From NCBI GenBank assembly GCA_043825875.1, contig JBDRRF010000023.1, positions 1 to 33,304 of the forward strand: DNA of 33,304 nt, given 5' to 3'. The stretch is from Pseudomonadota bacterium (GTDB lineage Bacteria; Desulfobacterota; Desulfobacteria; Desulfobacterales; RPRI01). Positions 27,368 through 33,304 of the stretch are shown in pieces. The translations under genes and the position numbers were made by a program. The notes under the pieces were generated by a model. The model worked only from the letters and a program-made list of their open reading frames with translations. It did no database searches and was not told the DNA's origin. How positions within the stretch are numbered: the stretch's first letter is position 1; every line of letters starts with the position of its first letter.

Positions 27368-28441
27368 TCAATATATTTCTTTTCTTAAGATTTGCGAAAC
27401 TTCCTTTGTCATATTAAGCACTTTTGTTGCACTGTCAAGACTTAATGAACCTGTACCGCAGCTTGGTGTAATAAAAGACTGCGCCAAAATATCTGAAATC
27501 TTTAATCCGATCGGCTCAAGCAAAGCTATTTTTTCCCGCCAGAGTTTGGCAAGCAAGACAGCGGTTTGTTTTTCAATATCTTCAGGCTGCGATGTAGGTA
27601 TTATGCCCCATGCGATAAGTCGCCCTGAATCGAGATAATTTTTGATATGATCCTGATATAGAATAAATTTATCAAAATATGAATAAGCATCAAAGCTTAT
27701 TATATCAACAGATGAGTCAAGCAATAAGGACCAGTCGGCATTCGAGCAAACATGTATTCCGGCCAGAGCGCCTTCCTGATGAACTGCATCTATAACTTCT
27801 TCAAAGAATCCGGCCACTTCATTTGGAGAAATACCTATAAAGGCCGATGATCCCATAGCAGCAAATCCAGGTTCGTCAAAGAAAATAATCACAGGAACTC
27901 CGATTTTTGCAAGCTGGCGAACCTGCCATTTTGCTTTCATTGCTACTAACTTTACTATCGCATCCTTAATATCCTCATTGTAATAAACAGCTTTGCCTTC
28001 CCGGTCAGAAACACCCGTTGCAAGTGTTAACGGGCCCGTTATCTGACCTTTTACTGCAACAGGCTTCACCGAAAGTCCTTTGATTTTCTCAAGATAAACA
28101 AAAAATCCTTTGGCAACATCCGGCTTTAAAATAAACCTTGAATCATCTAGTTCTTTTTTGCCTTCAACTACAGAAATATATTCCTCATAAAACTCAACAA
28201 GATCATCATCAAAATGCCTTCCCGAAGTATTAATAAAAACCTTGCCATCTTCTTCAGTTACACCTGGAAGACCTGGTAAAAACTGAGCTATCATCCCCTC
28301 ATTCTTATAATAAGGAAGCTGTACCCACAAAGGTATTTCCGGCGTATTTTCAAGAACAATATTAATAGCCATAAGGTGGTCAGCAATCGGGAGACTTCCA
28401 ATCAATAGCGGCAAGCCGCAAGGTCTGAAATTGCACTTCAT
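27368..28441 (-). CDS. Single-barrel MetE-core-like protein (possible folate-independent methionine synthase, MesB-like)
   Basis: IGSLP, KGQITGP, FDEP, HVC zinc motif, SFD, ITPSCG. Confidence 0.7.
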   Translation of the reverse strand: MKCNFRPCGLPLLIGSLPIADHLMAINIVLENTPEIPLWVQLPYYKNEGMIAQFLPGLPGVTEEDGKVFINTSGRHFDDDLVEFYEEYISVVEGKKELDDSRFILKPDVAKGFFVYLEKIKGLSVKPVAVKGQITGPLTLATGVSDREGKAVYYNEDIKDAIVKLVAMKAKWQVRQLAKIGVPVIIFFDEPGFAAMGSSAFIGISPNEVAGFFEEVIDAVHQEGALAGIHVCSNADWSLLLDSSVDIISFDAYSYFDKFILYQDHIKNYLDSGRLIAWGIIPTSQPEDIEKQTAVLLAKLWREKIALLEPIGLKISDILAQSFITPSCGTGSLSLDSATKVLNMTKEVSQILRKEIY

Positions 28442-28705
28442 AGGGTCTTAAGTCCTTAGTTATTATTAATTGTATAAGATAACAGATAATTAACGAAGCA
28501 GGCAGCTTCACTTTTTAAGAATCAACAAAAAACCAAATAACATGCGTTGTCTTGTCTTACAATAAAAACCTTCATATTTGTGACTAATCCTTAATTCGTA
28601 TCAATTATTTGAATCTTGCATAAAATATACTCTGGTTGTATGAATACCTATATTTTTGATAAAGTTGAACATATTAATAACTGATAGTTTCAGGAGGCAA
28701 AACAA

Positions 28706-29557
28706 ATGGAAATGATTCATGGTGGGGGCACTTGTGGTGCTGGAAAAAAGCAAATGAAAAAGGATGAACAGGATATATCTGTTGAAAACTCTTTAAAAAA
28801 AATAAAAAATAAATTTGTAATTATGAGCGGAAAAGGCGGAGTCGGAAAAACAAGCACGTCTGTTAATCTTGCCATAGCTCTTTCAAATAAAGGTTTTAAA
28901 GTTGGATTGATGGATGTTGATTTGCACGGTCCGGATGTTCCAAGAATGCTTGCCTTAAAGGGAGAGCTTACTTTGAGCAAGAACAATAAACTTGCACCAA
29001 TGAAATATTCTGAAAAACTGAGTGTTATATCTATTGAAGGGCTTATTTCAAATAAAGACGAGGCTATTATCTGGCGTGGCCCTATGAAGTATTCTGCAAT
29101 AAAGCAATTTATCGGTGATGTTGACTGGGGTGAGCTTGATTTTCTGATTATAGACAGCCCTCCGGGTACAGGAGATGAACCTTTGACTGTAGCGCAAACA
29201 ATAAAAGACGCAAAAGCCATTATTGTCACAACACCGCAAGAAGTGTCTCTTGCAGATGTAAGAAAATCAATAAGCTTTTGTAAAACATTAAAAATGGAAG
29301 TATTTGGGCTTATCGAAAATATGAGCGGTTTTGCCTGCCCTCATTGCAATAAGCCTATAGATCTTTTTGGAGCCGGTGGCGGTGAAAAAACAGCAGGGGA
29401 TGCGGGAATAGTATTTCTTGGTAAAATTCCGTTTGACCACAATGTGGTGTCATGCGGCGATACAGGCGCATCTTTAATTGATAAGCACTCTGATTCTCCG
29501 GTAGCAAAGGCCTTTGATGCCGTTGCGGATAAAATGGCAAAGCTTGCTGGCATCTGA
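28706..29557 (+). CDS. apbC: Mrp/ApbC/NBP35 Fe-S cluster carrier ATPase
   Basis: SGKGGVGKT, IWRGP, DSPPGTGD, ENMSGFACPHC; GGAGG RBS. Confidence 0.92.
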   Translation: MEMIHGGGTCGAGKKQMKKDEQDISVENSLKKIKNKFVIMSGKGGVGKTSTSVNLAIALSNKGFKVGLMDVDLHGPDVPRMLALKGELTLSKNNKLAPMKYSEKLSVISIEGLISNKDEAIIWRGPMKYSAIKQFIGDVDWGELDFLIIDSPPGTGDEPLTVAQTIKDAKAIIVTTPQEVSLADVRKSISFCKTLKMEVFGLIENMSGFACPHCNKPIDLFGAGGGEKTAGDAGIVFLGKIPFDHNVVSCGDTGASLIDKHSDSPVAKAFDAVADKMAKLAGI

Positions 29558-29571
29558 TTTTTCTATAAAAA

Positions 29572-29607
29572 AAGGCCGGGTAGAATTTATAAAAGATACC
29601 CGGCCTT
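29572..29607. terminator. Bidirectional intrinsic terminator
   Basis: AAGGCCGGGTA / TACCCGGCCTT stem between convergent genes. Confidence 0.75.
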
Positions 29608-29664
29608 ATATTATTAAAGTATATTTCGTTAAATCAGCAAATATTTAACTCAATATTTATACAT

Positions 29665-30939
29665 TTAAAACTTCACATTCAAATCCGCCTGTAAAACATT
29701 TTGCCTATCGTCTTCGGTACGTTGAAGATGTCTGTAATTCCAATAAGTAAGTGATAAAAAGACATTTTTATATATACCGAAACCGGCAAAGGCATTATGT
29801 CCTTTTATATTGGTAGTGCCATTATATGCTGTGCTGCAAGGCAGGAAATCTGGCCAGGCATCTCTTTCAAGACGTCTGTAATTGTATTTTACCTGCCAGT
29901 CTCCAAAATCCTTTATGCTTTTGTCGCCGAACTTGAAACCGGCCAGCCAGCCGTCATTATCATTATGTGCATCTAATGCATGGACATACTGCGCAAATAC
30001 TGCTGCATAAGGAATAGGCCCGGGTATTTTTGTCATACCAAATTCCACATCTCCTGCTAAAGAATCATAGTCATATATCCAGTTACCCGCACCATCCTGA
30101 GAATTTGAATTTTTAGAAAGCCCTGCTCCAAAGTCACTTGTTGCCCAGTTCTTTCCATCAACATAGTTGAAATTATAATACGTTCCGGCAGCTTTAAGAT
30201 ACATGCCGCCCGGCAGATTCAAATTTACACCAGGTTGGAAAGCAATCAGGTAAGGATCATTAGATGTAGTGCCGGATTCATCAAGCATTAACCAGCCTAT
30301 GTTTCCGAATATTTCAACGCCCTTAACAGGTTCGTATTTTAATTTTGCGGCTATTCCTTCAGGATTAATATCACCGTCCCACATAAGCTGTTCAGGGTTC
30401 CATAACGGGTTTTTAAATTTTCCTGCAACTATACTTGCCCATGCAGCCGGTGTAAATTGGGCAAATGCATAATCCAACCAGATATCTTTACTGCTGGAAT
30501 TATTAGTAAATGTCTGGTCAACCGAACGAGGATTCCCATCACTACCGGTTGCAAGACCGACTCCCACCACCCATTGTTCATTGACTTTTGTTTCAGCACC
30601 GAGTCTTAACCTGACACGTCCTCTGTTTTGATTCGGGTAAATGTCGCCTTGTGTATCCTGGTTTTCATACCGGACTCTTATATCACCCTTAACCTTGGTA
30701 TTTTCTACCCATTTAGGCAGATCAAAACCTTTGGGCGCTTGTTTTGAGGCGACTTCCTTTTTCTCTTTTGCTTCTTCGGCCTGCATTTCATTGATAAGTT
30801 CCGTAGCTTCCGATTTGGTAAGAATTTTTTTCTCAACAAGTTTGTCTATCAGCTTATCAATATTGCCTGCCCATGACGGGCCTGCTGTAAATACCAATAA
30901 AGCGATTAAAGCTAATGCGGTTAGACACAATTTTTTCAT
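29665..30939 (-). CDS. Putative outer-membrane porin (Porin_5-like)
   Basis: Signal peptide; LIDKLVEKKILT N-terminal helix; KGDIRVRYE, RGRVRLRLG, WDGDINPEG; C-terminal Phe. Confidence 0.8.
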   Translation of the reverse strand: MKKLCLTALALIALLVFTAGPSWAGNIDKLIDKLVEKKILTKSEATELINEMQAEEAKEKKEVASKQAPKGFDLPKWVENTKVKGDIRVRYENQDTQGDIYPNQNRGRVRLRLGAETKVNEQWVVGVGLATGSDGNPRSVDQTFTNNSSSKDIWLDYAFAQFTPAAWASIVAGKFKNPLWNPEQLMWDGDINPEGIAAKLKYEPVKGVEIFGNIGWLMLDESGTTSNDPYLIAFQPGVNLNLPGGMYLKAAGTYYNFNYVDGKNWATSDFGAGLSKNSNSQDGAGNWIYDYDSLAGDVEFGMTKIPGPIPYAAVFAQYVHALDAHNDNDGWLAGFKFGDKSIKDFGDWQVKYNYRRLERDAWPDFLPCSTAYNGTTNIKGHNAFAGFGIYKNVFLSLTYWNYRHLQRTEDDRQNVLQADLNVKF

Positions 30940-31370
30940 CTCTTCTTCCTTCCTCCTTTTTTTGTAGATTTACAATTTGCGGGCTATCAAACCATCTTAT
31001 TAATGACATGTGTGGCATATGCCATGTATGCCATATATACGTCAAGAAAATAACATTTCCTTTTAATGTTTTAATCAAATATCTATTAAAAGAATTATAT
31101 GAACAGCCTATTATGTTTTAAAGCTTTTTACATGTTTAAAGATAGTCGGCAGTAAATACAAAGAAACAAGCTGCCAGTCCAATAGATAATATTGATATGA
31201 ATAGTTGGTATTGATAGATTAACTATATATCCATTCCGATCTGTGAATAGCTGACATGGCAAACAGTTGTTTTTCATACTGATTGCTGTAGGTTTATTAA
31301 CAAGTATTGTGTAGGTAGTATTTTATGAAAAGTATAAAAATAAGTTTCTTACCATATTATATATAAATGC

Positions 31371-32279
31371 CTATACTTCTATAGACTGATAAATAGCTTT
31401 TAATCCTGCTATGCCAGTTCCTTTGTAAAGGCCGCAGTTTGTACCAAGGATTAACCCTTTTTGCTTAGACAACATAGATAAAGAATCTGAATATTTTTGC
31501 AAGTAATCATGAGTAGTTGCTTTTAATGTGTCGTCTGTATCAATATGACCCCATAAACAAATTTTATCCCCATACTTTTTTTGCAAATCAACTATATCCA
31601 TTCCGGAATGCTTTTCTATGCATTGAATTCCATGAAAGTTAATATCAATCAGATCGGGTATAATTTCCTGGTAGTTTCCATCAGAATGATAAAATGCAAA
31701 AATTTCTAAACTGCGGATTTCCTCAACCTGCCTTGCAAGAGAAGGCAGAAAATACTTCCTGATTGTTTCAGGATTTACAATAAGTCCTTGTGAAAAAGCA
31801 ACATCATCTGCCAGTATTATGCCATCAATCCCTATTTCTGATAATTTTCTGAATATGGAAATATTTAATTTTTCCACCATATCTACAAAAGATACAAGAC
31901 TTGATGGTGATTTTTTTGTAAGCTTCAGAAAGTCCACCCAGCCTTGGGTACGCATACCTGTCTCTAATGCTCCATCTATAATCGCAAAAGTAAAAAGGGA
32001 AGTATTACACCATTTTTTAATATCCGGCCATTTTACTTCTTTTAGATTTGGAAGCTTATCTTTTTCGCATTGTATAATCGGTGAAATCGTATAAGCATCA
32101 AGTCCCATAAAATTGACAAATTCAAGTCTTTCTTCAAAACCGACATTGCTGCAATTTAATTCACGGCTTATTACTTCATCTGTAATGCATAACTCACCTT
32201 TTGGAATCCTGTCTGTTATTTCATGGTAAATTGTTTTTAGCATTCTTTGCCGGGAACTGTATGGTAATTTTGTGCTCAT
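31371..32279 (-). CDS. Uroporphyrinogen decarboxylase / MtaA-CmuA family protein
   Basis: GIILADD, HSDGN, ICLWGHID, LILGTNCG; TIM-barrel pattern of the UroD family. Confidence 0.75.
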   Translation of the reverse strand: MSTKLPYSSRQRMLKTIYHEITDRIPKGELCITDEVISRELNCSNVGFEERLEFVNFMGLDAYTISPIIQCEKDKLPNLKEVKWPDIKKWCNTSLFTFAIIDGALETGMRTQGWVDFLKLTKKSPSSLVSFVDMVEKLNISIFRKLSEIGIDGIILADDVAFSQGLIVNPETIRKYFLPSLARQVEEIRSLEIFAFYHSDGNYQEIIPDLIDINFHGIQCIEKHSGMDIVDLQKKYGDKICLWGHIDTDDTLKATTHDYLQKYSDSLSMLSKQKGLILGTNCGLYKGTGIAGLKAIYQSIEV

Positions 32280-32526
32280 AAGTTAAATAATTCCTTATTT
32301 ATTATATAGCGATTATAAAAATAGTATTTTATTTTGCTATGATTTTTTAATTATAATTGCTTATTCTAATTTTAAAAAGTATCATACAAGCATGTTTTAT
32401 CATTATCAAGTTTATGGTATTTTTAGGCTGCAAATTCAGATAAATATATTTTAAAAATCAGAATAAGCCAAACTGTAAAAACGCTACCTTAAAATATTCC
32501 CAATTGCTGATTTATCATAAAATGCC

Positions 32527-32554
32527 TTGACAAAACATTTCTGTGGTATATTTT
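32527..32554 (+). promoter_or_regulatory. Candidate sigma70 promoter for the mvhD leader
   Basis: TTGACA at 32527-32532 with TATTTT at 16-nt spacing (or a TGn-TATATT extended -10). Confidence 0.45.
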
Positions 32555-32583
32555 AATTAAGTTCCAATAGAAACAAATGATGG

Positions 32584-32672
32584 TGCACAATGGAGTGTAT
32601 ATCTTGTTTCAAAATAAAAAGACAAAGACGTCTGTTTCGCAAGTTTAATGCGAACGACGTCTTTTTTTGTTT
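32584..32672 (+). promoter_or_regulatory. ANTAR-type dual-hairpin antitermination leader with overlapping terminator
   Basis: TGCAC-AATGGA-GTGTA and AGAC-AAAGAC-GTCT (6-nt loops, A1/G4). The second hairpin overlaps the 5' arm of terminator AAAGACGTC...GACGTCTTT followed by a T-run. Confidence 0.75.
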
Positions 32673-32740
32673 TATGAATCCTATAATCGTATTTTTATAA
32701 AAAACTTAGCCGTATACGACTTGATTGTTGGTTTAAACAA

Positions 32741-33148
32741 ATGAAAAAAAAATTAAAACCTAAAATAACTGTGTTCCATTGTATAAATTCAATTAACAAC
32801 TGTGAATCTTTGCCAGTGCCATATAAAGATACTTTTAAATTAAAAGCTGTCAAGATGGCTTGTTCCAGCATGGTAAAAGATGCGTTTTTACTTCGTGCTT
32901 TTGAAGCCGGCGCTGATGCGGTAATAGTATTTGTGTGCCCGGAAGGCCAATGCCGTTATGTGGAAGGAAATATAAGGGCCAAAAAACGCGTCAACTGGGT
33001 CAAAAACCTGCTGGATGAAATAGATATTGGCGGAAAACGTCTGTCTTTATATAACATTGCCGCCGGTGATACTGAAACGGCCGTTCAAATTATAAGACAG
33101 GTTTTAACCGATATTGCAGAAATGGGTCCCAATCCGGTCAGACACTGA
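32741..33148 (+). CDS. mvhD: MvhD/FlpD-family 2Fe-2S protein (hydrogenase iron-sulfur subunit)
   Basis: VFHC, MACSS, LRAFEAGADAV, CPEGQCRYVEGN, LLDEIDIGGKRL. Confidence 0.8.
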   Translation: MKKKLKPKITVFHCINSINNCESLPVPYKDTFKLKAVKMACSSMVKDAFLLRAFEAGADAVIVFVCPEGQCRYVEGNIRAKKRVNWVKNLLDEIDIGGKRLSLYNIAAGDTETAVQIIRQVLTDIAEMGPNPVRH

Positions 33149-33163
33149 AATAATTAATTAATG

Positions 33164-33304
33164 GAGCCACTTTCAAAACGTTTCAGTTTGGTCAAGCTCA
33201 AGGCGGGAGAAAATTTCAACCACAGGAATACATTTAGTATTTCGAGGATTGAAATTTGAGCCCAACGCTTAAGATCGGCCAAAATGGGGCGTTTTGAAAC
33301 TGGC
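33164..33304. mobile_element. Second MITE copy, inverted, truncated by 2 bp at the window end
   Basis: Reverse complement of 12761..12902 with a few substitutions and one 1-bp indel. Confidence 0.85.

Noticed and set aside
12761..33304. Composite transposon bounded by the two MITEs
   Set aside because: The interior is housekeeping genes with no transposase, and copy 1 has its own TSD on both sides, indicating independent insertion.
1..33304. CRISPR array, tRNA or rRNA genes, integrase
   Set aside because: No regularly spaced repeats, cloverleafs or recombinase motifs were seen.

Overview
This AT-rich window looks like an anaerobic deltaproteobacterium (Desulfobacterales-like; inferred from gene content). 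The left 12.7 kb is a minus-strand polymorphic Rhs locus. Its core is a 2419-aa Sec-signal Rhs/YD protein with about 950 aa (11 Ig/prealbumin-like repeats plus a linker) inserted between the last YD strands and the Rhs core. Two orphan cassettes follow; both start at the same point in the repeat array and carry different C-terminal tips with their own candidate immunity genes. The main tip ends in a GGFSAGGGASGNW tail typical of TPM/YgcG proteins, and a tail-less TPM-domain gene lies just downstream. The rest is mostly housekeeping and anaerobic metabolism: PAS hybrid kinase, plsY, Deg/HtrA protease, NfnAB, TatD, a divergent two-subunit B12 acyl-CoA mutase, a MetE-core/MoxR/VWA/ModE operon, ApbC/Mrp, porin, UroD-family protein and MvhD. 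Non-coding features include two inverted copies of a ~142-bp MITE (one with a 4-bp TSD), a REP pair, and an ANTAR-type dual-hairpin antiterminator upstream of mvhD.
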